The notes under the pieces are model-generated. The model saw only the letters and a list, made by a program, of their open reading frames with translations, ran no database searches and was not told where the DNA came from. Positions 19,303 through 29,111 of a stretch of 64,000 nucleotides of DNA are shown in pieces. Every line of letters begins with the position of its first letter. The stretch's first letter is position 1. The translations under genes and the position numbers were made by a program. Source of the DNA: an uncultured Eubacteriales bacterium (GTDB lineage Bacteria > Bacillota > Clostridia > Monoglobales > CAYZNM01); assembly GCA_964479875.1 (NCBI GenBank), contig CAYZNM010000013.1:21573-85572 (forward strand), given 5' to 3'.

Positions 19303-19926
19303 TTAGATTATAACTTTTGTATTTAACATTAGTAATGGGTTGTTGTCGTATAGGTAGATAGCAAAGATTGAGTTTTCGACTAACGGCTGGATTTGCTGAT
19401 TAAAGAATATGCCGCAGACTGCCAATATCAGGAACACGATTATTACACCGTTGACTAATCCGAACGCTAATCCCAGAAGCTTGTTTACAAGTGACAGCAC
19501 GGGAAGCTTGAACAATACATCAAGCACGCCTGACAGCATGAGCATGGTTATATAAACAAGCCCGAAGGTGAGTATATTACCTATTATACCCATAATGACT
19601 GCCGTTATTTGCTGCGCTATCTCTGTTTTTGCGGAGGTTATGGCGTTGTTGACGACAGGCTCGATTGATTTTGCGATAATAGCAGGGAATGCTTTGTTGC
19701 CTGACAATTCGACTTCTTGCGTACCCATTGCGTTTGTGACGTATTCGTGTACGGCCTCTGGCATCTGCGTCGTGTAAAGATACTCTGTCATGTATCCCGA
19801 TAAAAATATCACGGCGACGATTGCAATGATGAAGGCGAAAAAGCCGAAAAATGATTTGATAAATCCGCGTCTAAGCCCTGCCGCTGCGTTTAGCAGCAAA
19901 AATATTATGATTAAAATGTCCAGCAT
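19303..19926 (-). CDS. CvpA-family membrane protein.
   Basis: Four predicted TM helices. The N-terminal '[29 protein letters not shown]' matches the CvpA pattern. Confidence 0.55.
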   Translation of the reverse strand: MLDILIIIFLLLNAAAGLRRGFIKSFFGFFAFIIAIVAVIFLSGYMTEYLYTTQMPEAVHEYVTNAMGTQEVELSGNKAFPAIIAKSIEPVVNNAITSAKTEIAQQITAVIMGIIGNILTFGLVYITMLMLSGVLDVLFKLPVLSLVNKLLGLAFGLVNGVIIVFLILAVCGIFFNQQIQPLVENSIFAIYLYDNNPLLMLNTKVII

Positions 19927-19931
19927 ATAGT

Positions 19932-20984
19932 TTATTTGCTCTGCCCTGTCTTAAAGTAGATTCCGTTGGGTGTGACGGCGATTATGCCGTTTTTGAGTGC
20001 ATAGGCGGCTTGTGTGTCTGCTACTTCATAAATATCGGTGACGTTGCAATATTTTTCCATCACTACGACCATTTCATTTTCGGTGAGGGCGATTAGCTTG
20101 TCGTTGATTGTGACTGTTTTTGCTGTGCCTACGCTTTCATGCTCGCCGATCTTGTCGCCTTTGTAGGATAGCGCGACTGCTTTTGAATTGTTTCTGCTGC
20201 CTTCGAGAAGCAGTACGGCGAAGCTGCTGTCGTAGTCGTAGGCGACTATGTTGCTGCCTCCGTAGTCGTAGTCCCACTCGATGTCGCCGTTATTCTTTAA
20301 GTAAAGTGTTGACGCTTCTCCTATCGCTAAAACATTTTTATTTATGCAAGCTACTTTTAAGATGACACTTGCTGTGGTTATCTCCTTGATTTGCTCAGCT
20401 TTTTCAATGTCGATGAGGATTAATTTGTTGACGCGTGTGTCGTTTTTGTTTGCAATTGATGAAACAACCATGATTCCGGCGGATAGGCTTACGTCGCAGT
20501 CTATGACGTAGTCCTCACTTAAGTACCACTCGAACAGCATTTCGCCTACGGTGTCATAGACGTTAACCTTGCCGATGTAGCCTAGTTTTTTGGTTATTAC
20601 CGTGATTATTCCTTCGTTGTTTATGTTTGCGGCTACGATCGCTTCGTCTAGTTCAAGTTCGGTCATTAGTGCGTCTTTTTTGTAGGAGGAAAGGCGTTTG
20701 CCATTTTTGTCGTACATTAGAAGGTAGTTGTTGTTGACCTTCAATCGCGGATTTAGGTAGCGGCAGTATAAGGTGTACAATAGCTCGCCGCTGACGCTTT
20801 GTGCCGTCACTCTGCCGTTGCCAAGTGAATACAGCGTGCCGCCCGAAAGCTGCGACGTGTAGCTGCCATACTCATAAGCAAGCAGCTTCTTGTCGCTTGC
20901 AATAGGCTCTTCCCAAAACTTAAAATTGAAGCCGCTTAATGAAATATATGCCAGCATTATGATTGCTATAAGCGACATTGCCAA
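19932..20984 (-). CDS. Hypothetical membrane-anchored extracellular protein.
   Basis: N-terminal signal-anchor. Repetitive Y/D/G-rich body suggestive of beta-propeller/beta-sandwich repeats. No recognisable catalytic motif. Confidence 0.3.
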   Translation of the reverse strand: MAMSLIAIIMLAYISLSGFNFKFWEEPIASDKKLLAYEYGSYTSQLSGGTLYSLGNGRVTAQSVSGELLYTLYCRYLNPRLKVNNNYLLMYDKNGKRLSSYKKDALMTELELDEAIVAANINNEGIITVITKKLGYIGKVNVYDTVGEMLFEWYLSEDYVIDCDVSLSAGIMVVSSIANKNDTRVNKLILIDIEKAEQIKEITTASVILKVACINKNVLAIGEASTLYLKNNGDIEWDYDYGGSNIVAYDYDSSFAVLLLEGSRNNSKAVALSYKGDKIGEHESVGTAKTVTINDKLIALTENEMVVVMEKYCNVTDIYEVADTQAAYALKNGIIAVTPNGIYFKTGQSK

Positions 20985-21038
20985 AAAAAGTACGGTTGTT
21001 TTTTTTATAGTGCCACCTCCTTTGCGATTATTGTTTTG

Positions 21039-21587
21039 CTAAAAATCTTTTAAGTCTTTTTTCAGGATCGAGTAAACACATTCGTCATAATAGACGCCGT
21101 TAATTAACCTGACTTCTCTCATTCGTCCATCGCATATCATGCCTATGCGCTCTGCTAAGGCTACGCTTTTTGTGTTTTCGGCATTTATAAAGGCGGCAAT
21201 GCGATTTACTTCAAAATGTTTAAAAGAATAATTTACCACTTGTTTTACAGATTCGGAAGCGAAACCATATCCGCAATATTCGGGCATGAAGGCATAGCCT
21301 AACTCCCATTCCATCGTTTCGCGCCAATTGCACGTAATATGCACTTCGCCGATTTTTATGCTTTCATGTGAAACTATCCATTTTATCGCGCCATCTATTG
21401 GCAGCAAATTAGCTCGTTCGATGTATCGCTTGCATTTGTTTATAATTTCTTCGCGGGATGGCTTGTTTGTTGAGTTGAATTTGTAGGATTCATTTCGCTG
21501 TTCGAGTTTTATTAGAAACTCAATATCTTCTTCAAGTATAGGATTTAAGCGAAGTCTTTCGGTTGTAATTGCATGATTATTAGTCAT
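21039..21587 (-). CDS. GNAT-family N-acetyltransferase (RimJ/RimL-like).
   Basis: 182 aa. 'GYAFMPEYCGYGFASESVKQVVNYSF' acetyl-CoA-binding block typical of the RimL/YdaF subgroup. Confidence 0.65.
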   Translation of the reverse strand: MTNNHAITTERLRLNPILEEDIEFLIKLEQRNESYKFNSTNKPSREEIINKCKRYIERANLLPIDGAIKWIVSHESIKIGEVHITCNWRETMEWELGYAFMPEYCGYGFASESVKQVVNYSFKHFEVNRIAAFINAENTKSVALAERIGMICDGRMREVRLINGVYYDECVYSILKKDLKDF

Positions 21588-22323
21588 AGTGAACTTTCGT
21601 TAGGGCTAGGCCTTGGGGCGGCAGGGTGATTCCGGCTTTGCGACGGTCGCAGCCTTGGATTATGGTGGGGATGTCGCGTGGGTCGATTTTGCCTATGCCG
21701 CAGTATAGGAGCGTGCCGCTGATTATGCGTACCATGTTGTAGAGGTAGGCGTTGGCATTGATTGTGAAGGAGATTATGTTTGCGGAGGCGTCGTGCGATA
21801 TGTCGAGGGAGTTTACTGTGCGTACGGTGGTTTTGTGACTGCTGCCTGTTGCCATGAATGCGGCGAAGTCGTGGGTGCCGATTATGTGCGACGCTGCGAG
21901 GTGTATTGCGTCTGGGTCGACTTTTTTGGGGAAGTGGCAGCAGTAGCGTGAGTTTACCGGCAGGAGTATCGGGTTTAGGTCGGTGGTGTATGTGTAGGTT
22001 TTGCTTTTTGCGCTGTAGCGTGCGTGGAAGTCGTGCGGCATATATTGTGCGCGTAGGGCGCGAATGTCGGGAGGGAGCTTTGTGTTTAGGGCGATTGGCA
22101 GCTTTTCGGCAGGAATGCTGGTGTCGGCGAAATAGCTTACGCAAAATTCGTGCGCGTGTACGCCTGCGTCGGTGCGGCTACAGCCGATTAAATCCGTGGG
22201 CTGCATGAATGCGGATATTGCTTTGGTGAGCGTACCCTCAACGGTACGCAGGCCGATTTGCCGCTGCCAACCGTGATAGTCTGTGCCGTCGAATGCGATT
22301 GTGAGTTTTATTTTGATTTGCAT
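21580..22323 (-). CDS. truA: tRNA pseudouridine(38-40) synthase.
   Basis: 'IAFDGTDYHGWQRQ' N-terminus and the catalytic Asp block 'GCSRTDAGVHA'. Sits at the end of the ecfA1-ecfA2-ecfT operon as in Bacillota. Confidence 0.85.
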   Translation of the reverse strand: MQIKIKLTIAFDGTDYHGWQRQIGLRTVEGTLTKAISAFMQPTDLIGCSRTDAGVHAHEFCVSYFADTSIPAEKLPIALNTKLPPDIRALRAQYMPHDFHARYSAKSKTYTYTTDLNPILLPVNSRYCCHFPKKVDPDAIHLAASHIIGTHDFAAFMATGSSHKTTVRTVNSLDISHDASANIISFTINANAYLYNMVRIISGTLLYCGIGKIDPRDIPTIIQGCDRRKAGITLPPQGLALTKVHYD

Positions 22324-22343
22324 TTAAATTCCCTTAATAAAAA

Positions 22344-23144
22344 TTAAACTAAAAATTGCAATAATAACACGGCGGAAAAATAAAATGCGAAAATTGCGTA
22401 CGCGACATAGTCGCGCGCGGACATTTTCAGCACCTTCATCTTGGTGCGGTTGATGTCACCGCGATAGCAGCGCGTTTCCATCGCTACAGCTAAATCTTCA
22501 GCGCGGCGAATGCTGCTTACGAAAAGTGGCACTAGCAATGGGACTACGGCTTTTATGCGCTTCATTATGCTGCCTGTTTCAAAGTCTGCGCCGCGCGCGG
22601 ACTGGGCTTTCATCAGCTTTTCGGTTTCCTCAAGCAAGGTCGGGATAAATCGCAGGGCGATTGTCATCATCATGGCGATTGCGTGCGCAGGGAAGCCTAT
22701 GCGTTTGAGTGGCGACATGAGCGATTCCATAGCATCGGTGAGCATGATTGGCGTAGTGGTGAGGGTTAGCAGCGTCGTCGCGGTGATTAGGAAGAATATT
22801 CGCAGAATCATCAAGATTGTGAAATTTACGCCTTCCCATGTGACAGTTAGGAAATAAAAGCTGAAAATAGGCTCGCCTGGAGTGAGGAATAAATTTAGCA
22901 GGGCAGTGATTGATATGAAGATGAGTATCGGCTTGTAGCTTTTGATTATCAGCCGCAGAGGAACGTTGGACAGCATTACGGCCGCGACGTTGAAGGCGGC
23001 AATCATTACAAGCCCCCACACGCTCGTGAATGCGAAAACGCAGACCATATAAAGTACGCACAGAACAAGCTTTGTGCGTGGGTCGAGGGAGTGCAGCGTG
23101 GATTTTATTGGGTAATACTGCCCGATTGTCAGATTTTTCAGCAT
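22344..23144 (-). CDS. ecfT: Energy-coupling factor transporter transmembrane component.
   Basis: CbiQ-family membrane protein immediately downstream of two ECF ATPase genes. Confidence 0.8.
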   Translation of the reverse strand: MLKNLTIGQYYPIKSTLHSLDPRTKLVLCVLYMVCVFAFTSVWGLVMIAAFNVAAVMLSNVPLRLIIKSYKPILIFISITALLNLFLTPGEPIFSFYFLTVTWEGVNFTILMILRIFFLITATTLLTLTTTPIMLTDAMESLMSPLKRIGFPAHAIAMMMTIALRFIPTLLEETEKLMKAQSARGADFETGSIMKRIKAVVPLLVPLFVSSIRRAEDLAVAMETRCYRGDINRTKMKVLKMSARDYVAYAIFAFYFSAVLLLQFLV

Positions 23145-23987
23145 TTATTTTACTGCTCCGATTTTTTGTTTTATCAAGGCTTCTGCTTCCTCCAGCGTGA
23201 CTACTGTTTTGCCCAGAACCTTTTGCATAAGGGTAGTTATTTCAGGGGGGGTTAGCTTAACCTGCGCTAATGCTTCTGCTTGCGCGAATACTTCGGCGGG
23301 AGTGCCTTGCAGGTGGATTTTGCCTTTGTTGAGGACGTAGACGTATTTTGTGCAGGAGGCAATTTCTTCCATAGAGTGAGAGATTAGCACGCAGGCTATG
23401 CCTGTTTTGCGCTGCATTTCTACGATTTCGTGCAGGATTTCGGTGCGGCCGCGCGGGTCTAGGCCTGCCGTGGGTTCGTCAAGCACGAGGCATTGCGGCT
23501 TCATGGCGAGCACTCCTGCTATTGCGACGCGACGCTTTTGTCCGCCTGATAGCATGAAGGGGGATTTTTCCAATAGGTCGGGACTTACGCCTGTGATTGC
23601 GATTGCTTCGTGGACGCGCTGCATTGCTTCTTGCATTGATAAGCCTTGTTGCAGCGGCGCGTAGGCTATGTCGAGGCGTACATTTTCCTCGAATAGCTGA
23701 TATTCGGGGTATTGGAAAACAAGACCAATCTTGCGCCGAATTTCGCGTTTATCCGTCTTTTTATCGGTGGTGTCAGCTCCGTCGACATAGACTTTGCCTG
23801 TATCGGGCAGCATAAGCCCGTTGAGCATTTGCACAAGCGTGGACTTGCCGCTGCCTGTATGTCCGATTATTCCGACGAAGTCGCCTTTGTTTATGCTAAG
23901 GCTGATACCTTCCAACGCCGTTTTCTCGAATGGAGTGCCTTTGGAGTAGGTGTAGCCTACGTTTTCTAGTTTGATTAATTCAGTCAT
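23145..23987 (-). CDS. ecfA2: Energy-coupling factor transporter ATPase (A2 subunit).
   Basis: Walker A 'GHTGSGKST', signature 'LSGGQKRRV', Walker B 'LVLDEPTAGLD'. Confidence 0.85.
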   Translation of the reverse strand: MTELIKLENVGYTYSKGTPFEKTALEGISLSINKGDFVGIIGHTGSGKSTLVQMLNGLMLPDTGKVYVDGADTTDKKTDKREIRRKIGLVFQYPEYQLFEENVRLDIAYAPLQQGLSMQEAMQRVHEAIAITGVSPDLLEKSPFMLSGGQKRRVAIAGVLAMKPQCLVLDEPTAGLDPRGRTEILHEIVEMQRKTGIACVLISHSMEEIASCTKYVYVLNKGKIHLQGTPAEVFAQAEALAQVKLTPPEITTLMQKVLGKTVVTLEEAEALIKQKIGAVK

Positions 23988-24309
23988 GTAATTTGTTCGG
24001 CATTTTTATTAGCCCTGCTTCCGTCAATCTTTGGATAGATTCGTTTATAGAATTTTCTAATTCTTCTTTGCAGTCATAATAAATTGCAAGTTGAATTGCG
24101 ACTGTCAATACATTCTTTATTTCGTCTGCCATTTTTTGTTTGCTTGGCTCGCCGTGCTTTAAGACTTTTATTCCGCTGCCTTCAAAGTGACAGACTTCGC
24201 TTGCAACCTCCCCGCATTCTTCGGCTAAACGAGTTGCAATTTGATAGGGAGAGTTGCCGTCGGGATATTTGATGTTGAGTGCATTCGCGAGAAGAAATAA
24301 GCTTTTCAT
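23980..24309 (-). CDS. MazG-like nucleotide pyrophosphohydrolase-domain protein (small, all-alpha) inserted between ecfA1 and ecfA2.
   Basis: 'LAEECGEVASEV ... ADEIKNVLTVAIQLA' fits the MazG/YpjD E-E-x-x-E ... E-x-x-D metal-binding pattern. Overlaps the ecfA2 start by 8 nt. Confidence 0.5.
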   Translation of the reverse strand: MKSLFLLANALNIKYPDGNSPYQIATRLAEECGEVASEVCHFEGSGIKVLKHGEPSKQKMADEIKNVLTVAIQLAIYYDCKEELENSINESIQRLTEAGLIKMPNKLHD

Positions 24310-24332
24310 TTTATACCCACAAATTATAAATC

Positions 24333-25187
24333 CTAATTTTTTATTAGACGCGATAATTCTTTCTCAACTTCGTCTGAGGTTAGACAATCGCGCACGTTTA
24401 TGCCGCTTTTGCGCAAATTATGCAGCAGCATGAGGGAATGCGGCACGCCTAAGCCTATGCCGTGCAGTAAATCCACATCACTAAGTGCAACGCGCGGCGT
24501 GTCTTTTAAGATAAGTCTGCCCTTGTCCATGACGATTACGCTGTCGGCTTCAAAGATTTCGTTGACGTTGTGGGTTATTAGGATTATGCCTATGCCTTTT
24601 TCTTTGTTGAGCTTGCGCAGCGTGGATAGGACTTCGCGGCGACCCATTGGGTCTAGCATTGCGGTCGGCTCGTCTAAGACGATATATTTGGGCTGCATTG
24701 CAAGTATTCCGGCGATTGCGATACGCTGCTTTTGTCCGCCGCTTAACATTTGCGGCGCGTGATTGCGATACTCTAGCATACCTACGGCGGATAGCGCAAA
24801 TTCCACGCGTTCACGAATTAGCGTGGGCGGCAAGCCTAAATTCTCGGGCGCAAATGCTATGTCGTCTTCGACAATTGTCGCCACGATTTGATTGTCCGGA
24901 TTCTGGAAAACAACGCCAATGCGCTGTTTTACATCATAGCTGTAGTGAGAATACTTGTCGAAGTTGCTTTTATGCTCACTGATGTCAGGAATTATCTCAT
25001 CTATGAATACATCTCCGCTAGTCGGAAAATGCGTCAGGTTGAAAATTTTGGCAAGCGTAGACTTTCCGCTTCCGTTATGACCCAGTATGCCGATGAACTC
25101 GGCGTCATTTATGGTGAAGGAAACGTCGTTGAGTACATACGGCGAATCCTCGGTGTATCTAAAACTTACGTTGTCGAATTTAATCAT
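24333..25187 (-). CDS. ecfA1: Energy-coupling factor transporter ATPase (A1 subunit).
   Basis: Walker A 'GHNGSGKST', signature 'LSGGQKQRI', Walker B 'IVLDEPTAMLD'. The ORF track extends to 25298, but that basic 37-aa extension is not ABC-like. The internal Met (MIKFDNVSF) abuts the upstream gene's stop and is the likelier start. Confidence 0.8.
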   Translation of the reverse strand: MIKFDNVSFRYTEDSPYVLNDVSFTINDAEFIGILGHNGSGKSTLAKIFNLTHFPTSGDVFIDEIIPDISEHKSNFDKYSHYSYDVKQRIGVVFQNPDNQIVATIVEDDIAFAPENLGLPPTLIRERVEFALSAVGMLEYRNHAPQMLSGGQKQRIAIAGILAMQPKYIVLDEPTAMLDPMGRREVLSTLRKLNKEKGIGIILITHNVNEIFEADSVIVMDKGRLILKDTPRVALSDVDLLHGIGLGVPHSLMLLHNLRKSGINVRDCLTSDEVEKELSRLIKN

Positions 25188-26026
25188 GATTTTGTGATGT
25201 ACGCGGAAATTCCGCAGGGTAGGTTGAAGCCGGATTGCCCAATCGGTATGCCGATTTCGCTTACCGCGACTTTTAGCTCGGGGAAGGCTTTTTTGCAAAG
25301 TAGGGTGAGCAGCTCCACACTTAACACGGTGGAGTAGCAGTTGATTAGCACAAATACAGGCTCTTCACTTAATATTGTAGCACACTCGCGCAGGAATGTA
25401 AATAGGTGCTCGTCAATTTTCCAAATTTCTCCATTTGGACCTCTTCCGTATGAGGGCGGGTCCATGATGATGGCGTCGTATTTGTTGCCGCGGCGCGATT
25501 CGCGCTGCACGAATTTTAGGCAGTCGTCGACGATGTAGCGAATGTTGGTGATTCCGTTGATGTTTGCGTTATGGCGTGCGTGGGCGACTATGCCTTTTGC
25601 GCTGTCGACGTGGCATACGCTTGCGCCGGCGTGGGCTGCGTAGACGGAGGCAGCGCCTGTGTAGGCGAATAGGTTGAGCAGCTTAACGTCGTGGGACGCC
25701 GATACTTTTTCGCGGATGAATCGCCAGTTGTATAATTGCTCGGGAAATAATCCCATGTGCTTGAAGCCCATTGGCTTTACCATGAAGCGTAGGCCGTCGC
25801 TTTCAAGCTCGAAGTCGCTTATATGCGTGCGAAAATCCCAATTGCCGCCGCCTTTGTCGCTGCGGACATAGCGCGCGGCGGGTTTATGCCACAGCGGATT
25901 ATCGCCGCGTTCCCACATTGCGACAGGCTCGGGGCGAATGAGAACATGCTTGCCCCATTGCTCCAGCCGCTCGCCGCCGCCTGCATCTATTAGCTTGTAC
26001 CCCTTTATTCCCTCCGCTGTCAGCAT
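25184..26026 (-). CDS. Class I SAM-dependent (rRNA) methyltransferase (RlmI/YwbD-like).
   Basis: 'LNLFAYTGAASVYAAHAGA' SAM-binding motif I and 'IIMDPPSYGRG' motif IV (DPP[FY]). Confidence 0.65.
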   Translation of the reverse strand: MLTAEGIKGYKLIDAGGGERLEQWGKHVLIRPEPVAMWERGDNPLWHKPAARYVRSDKGGGNWDFRTHISDFELESDGLRFMVKPMGFKHMGLFPEQLYNWRFIREKVSASHDVKLLNLFAYTGAASVYAAHAGASVCHVDSAKGIVAHARHNANINGITNIRYIVDDCLKFVQRESRRGNKYDAIIMDPPSYGRGPNGEIWKIDEHLFTFLRECATILSEEPVFVLINCYSTVLSVELLTLLCKKAFPELKVAVSEIGIPIGQSGFNLPCGISAYITKS

Positions 26027-26853
26027 GATTGCAGGAAGCTGTGGGAGAGGTGCACAGGTAAGCCTAGCTTGATTGTGTATGCTTTTTCCTCGGGCGACAT
26101 TTCTTTTGTGATTTCGTCAGATAAGGTGATGAGATGATTGATGTAGCGCGCTGCGAAGTCTGTGGCCTTTACGATGTCCGCGCCTTTTGCCATGCAGCCG
26201 ATTAACGCGGAGGTGAAGATGTCGCCTGTGCCGTGGAGGTATACGTCTACTTTAGTGAATGGTATGAATTCGCTTACGCTGTCGCTGCTCACTACGATGA
26301 AGGTGTCGCCATCGATGTCTACGCCTGTGATTAGCGCAGTTTTTGCGCCCAGGGTGTTAAGCTCTTTGCCCCACTGCATAGCTTCGTCGCGGCTTTTCGG
26401 GAATGCGCTTTTGCCTAAGAGGAACATTGCTTCGGTAACATTCGGCGTGGTTATGTCTGCACGCGCAACTAGGCGGCGCATTGCGACAACCATGCTTTCA
26501 TCCATCGTCACGTATATTTTGCCGTTTTCGCCGAAGGCAGGGTCTACTACCACTGTTGCGTCGAAGTTGTCTACGGCTGTGAGGATTATGTCAACTTGGC
26601 TGCTTCCGCCTAGGAAGCCGCTGTAGATGTAGTCGAACTGTATACTTTCATTTTTCCAGTGCGCGATTGTGTCATGCATGAACTTAGTGAGGTCGACAAT
26701 TGCAAAGCCTTGGAATACGCCTGTTATCGTGGATAGCACAGCAGTCGGCAGTGGGTGTACAAGTGCGCCCATTCCGGACAGCACAGGCATTGCAGCTGTC
26801 AGCGACGCAACGCCTACTCCTGATAAATCGTGTGCAGCTAAAACCTTCTTCAT
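26020..26853 (-). CDS. Pyridoxal/pyridoxamine kinase family protein (PdxK/PdxY-like, ribokinase fold).
   Basis: 'HPLPTAVLST' (compare PdxY 'WPLNTVQFS') and C-terminal 'GTGDIFTSALIGCMAKG' anion-hole motif. Confidence 0.6.
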   Translation of the reverse strand: MKKVLAAHDLSGVGVASLTAAMPVLSGMGALVHPLPTAVLSTITGVFQGFAIVDLTKFMHDTIAHWKNESIQFDYIYSGFLGGSSQVDIILTAVDNFDATVVVDPAFGENGKIYVTMDESMVVAMRRLVARADITTPNVTEAMFLLGKSAFPKSRDEAMQWGKELNTLGAKTALITGVDIDGDTFIVVSSDSVSEFIPFTKVDVYLHGTGDIFTSALIGCMAKGADIVKATDFAARYINHLITLSDEITKEMSPEEKAYTIKLGLPVHLSHSFLQSC

Positions 26854-26873
26854 CTATATCTCCTTTGTGCAGA

Positions 26874-27674
26874 TTATTTTGTGAGCTTGCGAAGTCTTAC
26901 AACGCGCTTGGGGCATACCTCTAAGCATTTGCGGCAGTTGGTGCATTTTTCGGGGTCTACGGTCGCAAGGTTGTTGGCGATTGTGATTGCTTCAGCTTCG
27001 CAGGATTTCGCGCACAGGCGGCAACCTATGCAACCGATTGCGCATTGATTCTTCACAACGCCGCCCTTTTCTGTGTTGGCGCAGCCTACGTATACTTTGG
27101 ACGCGTGCGGAAGCATTGCGATAACCTTTTTGGGGCAGGATTTTACGCACGCACCGCAGCCTGTGCATTTGGATTCGTCTATCACTGCGACGCCGCTTTC
27201 CATTACGATTGCGTCGAATTTGCAAGCGGAAACGCATGTGCCGTAGCCTAGGCAGCCGCTGGCGCAAGCTTTGGGGCCGCCGCCTAGCCTTGACGCGGAC
27301 ACGCAATCATGCTCGCCGTCGTAGAAGTATTTGTTTATCGCTTGCTTGTCTGTGCCTACGCAGCGTACGCGCGCAGTCATGCGCACGGCTTTTTCTGCCG
27401 CGACGCCCATTATCTTGCTGATTTGGTCGACGCATTCTTGTCCGCCTGCGCTGCATAGCGTTAGCGCAGCCTTGCCTTCTACTACCGCGTTTGCATACGC
27501 GGAGCAGCCTGCGTATCCGCAGCCGCCGCAGTTTGCCGAGGGCAATGCTTCCATTATAAGCGGCACGCGCTCGTCAACTTTAACCTCAAATATTTTTCCG
27601 CATACGGCGAGCGCAAGCCCAAGCAGCAAGCCCATTCCGCCTAGCGAAATTGTAGCGTACAATATATTATTCAT
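26874..27674 (-). CDS. rnfB: Rnf electron-transport complex subunit B.
   Basis: N-terminal TM anchor, 'CGGCGYAGC' cluster, and multiple CxxCxxCxxxCP 4Fe-4S ferredoxin motifs. Confidence 0.85.
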   Translation of the reverse strand: MNNILYATISLGGMGLLLGLALAVCGKIFEVKVDERVPLIMEALPSANCGGCGYAGCSAYANAVVEGKAALTLCSAGGQECVDQISKIMGVAAEKAVRMTARVRCVGTDKQAINKYFYDGEHDCVSASRLGGGPKACASGCLGYGTCVSACKFDAIVMESGVAVIDESKCTGCGACVKSCPKKVIAMLPHASKVYVGCANTEKGGVVKNQCAIGCIGCRLCAKSCEAEAITIANNLATVDPEKCTNCRKCLEVCPKRVVRLRKLTK

Positions 27675-27713
27675 AATTATTACCTCTAAATTAGCGCGTA
27701 ATGCGCAGTCGCG

Positions 27714-28292
27714 TTAAATTTTTATTCCCGAGAAGCCCATGAACGCAATCGCAATAAGTCCGGCGGATATAAGCGCAATCGGGAAGCCTTGCAGGGGCTT
27801 CGGCACATCGGCAAGTATCAAGCGTTCGCGTACGCCTGCCATGAGTACCATCGCAAGCGTGAAGCCGATTCCGGCTGTTGCGCCGTAGGATACTGCTTCG
27901 GCGAAGTTGTAGCCTTTGTCTATGTTGAGCAGTGTTACGCCTAATACGGCGCAGTTCGTGGTGATAAGCGGAAGGTATATGCCTAATGCTTGATACAAGC
28001 CTTGGCTGTATCGTTGCAGGAACATTTCTACCACCTGCACCAGCGACGCGATTACCAATATAAATGCAATCGTCTGCAAATAATCAAGCTCAAACGGCAC
28101 AAGTATAAGGCTGTTCACAAGCCACGTAATCGCCGACGCAAGCGACATAACGAATATAACTGCCATGCCCATGCCGAGCGCAGTGTCAAGCTTCTTCGAC
28201 ACGCCCAAGAAAGGGCATATGCCTAAGAACTTCACTACTACAAAGTTTTCAACTAAAATCGCGGTCAACGCGATGTATATGATGTTGTTCAT
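27714..28292 (-). CDS. rnfA: Rnf complex subunit A.
   Basis: '[21 protein letters not shown]' is the RnfA/NqrE signature. 6-TM, 192 aa. Confidence 0.85.
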   Translation of the reverse strand: MNNIIYIALTAILVENFVVVKFLGICPFLGVSKKLDTALGMGMAVIFVMSLASAITWLVNSLILVPFELDYLQTIAFILVIASLVQVVEMFLQRYSQGLYQALGIYLPLITTNCAVLGVTLLNIDKGYNFAEAVSYGATAGIGFTLAMVLMAGVRERLILADVPKPLQGFPIALISAGLIAIAFMGFSGIKI

Positions 28293-28936
28293 GCTTTTTT
28301 CCTCATGGTAACAGCGTTAATCACGCCGATGATTATGCCCAGTACGATAAAGCTTCCGGCAGGCAGTATGAATATCAGCGCAGGCATGAAGCCCTCTCCG
28401 AACAAGGATATGCCCAGAATGCTTCCGTTGCCGAGAATCTCGCGCACTGCCGCTATTATGATAAGCGCGGCCGTGAAGCCTAGCCCCATCGTAAGTCCGT
28501 CCAACGCGGACAGCCCTACGCCGTTTTTGCTTGCAAAGCTTTCCGCGCGCGCAAGGATTATGCAGTTAACCACGATAAGCGGAATGAATATGCCAAGCGA
28601 TTTGGATATTTCCGGGAAATAAGCTTTTAGCAGAATGTCAATCATGGTAACAAAGCCTGCTATGATTATGATGTAAGCCGCGATGCGAATTTTCGCAGGG
28701 ATAAATTTGCGCAGCAGCGATATTACCATGTTGGAGCAGATTAGCACTATGCTGGCAGATAAGCCCATGCCGATTGCGTTTATGACGGAGGTCGTGGTCG
28801 CAAGCGTGGGGCACATGCCTAGAAGCTGCACGTATACGGGATTTTGCTTGATGAGCCCGTTTTGCAGCATTGATTTTATTGTGGGTGTTTTGGTCATTTT
28901 TACCTCTATTGTGTTAGTTTGTATCAAAATCAACAA
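28289..28936 (-). CDS. rnfE: Rnf complex subunit E.
   Basis: '[18 protein letters not shown]' RnfE/NqrD signature. Start overlaps the rnfA stop. Confidence 0.85.
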   Translation of the reverse strand: MLILIQTNTIEVKMTKTPTIKSMLQNGLIKQNPVYVQLLGMCPTLATTTSVINAIGMGLSASIVLICSNMVISLLRKFIPAKIRIAAYIIIIAGFVTMIDILLKAYFPEISKSLGIFIPLIVVNCIILARAESFASKNGVGLSALDGLTMGLGFTAALIIIAAVREILGNGSILGISLFGEGFMPALIFILPAGSFIVLGIIIGVINAVTMRKKA

Positions 28937-29111
28937 AGTCCTCTTCGGCTAATTCCTCACTCCGGTTGATTGCTTCTATTTCATCAGGGAGCGGGTCATC
29001 TTCGGGGTACATTCCCATCAAAATACAAAACAACTCATTGAATTTCGATTCATCGATTTGTTCTATCATCTGTTGAAGCATTTGTTTTGTAACTTCCATC
29101 TTCATATTCAT
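28914..29111 (-). CDS. Small acidic hypothetical protein (65 aa) embedded between rnfG and rnfE.
   Basis: The ORF overlaps the rnfG stop by 4 nt and the rnfE start by 23 nt, which fits translational coupling. Highly acidic C-terminus ([12 protein letters not shown]). No known family recognised. Confidence 0.35.
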   Translation of the reverse strand: MNMKMEVTKQMLQQMIEQIDESKFNELFCILMGMYPEDDPLPDEIEAINRSEELAEEDFVDFDTN

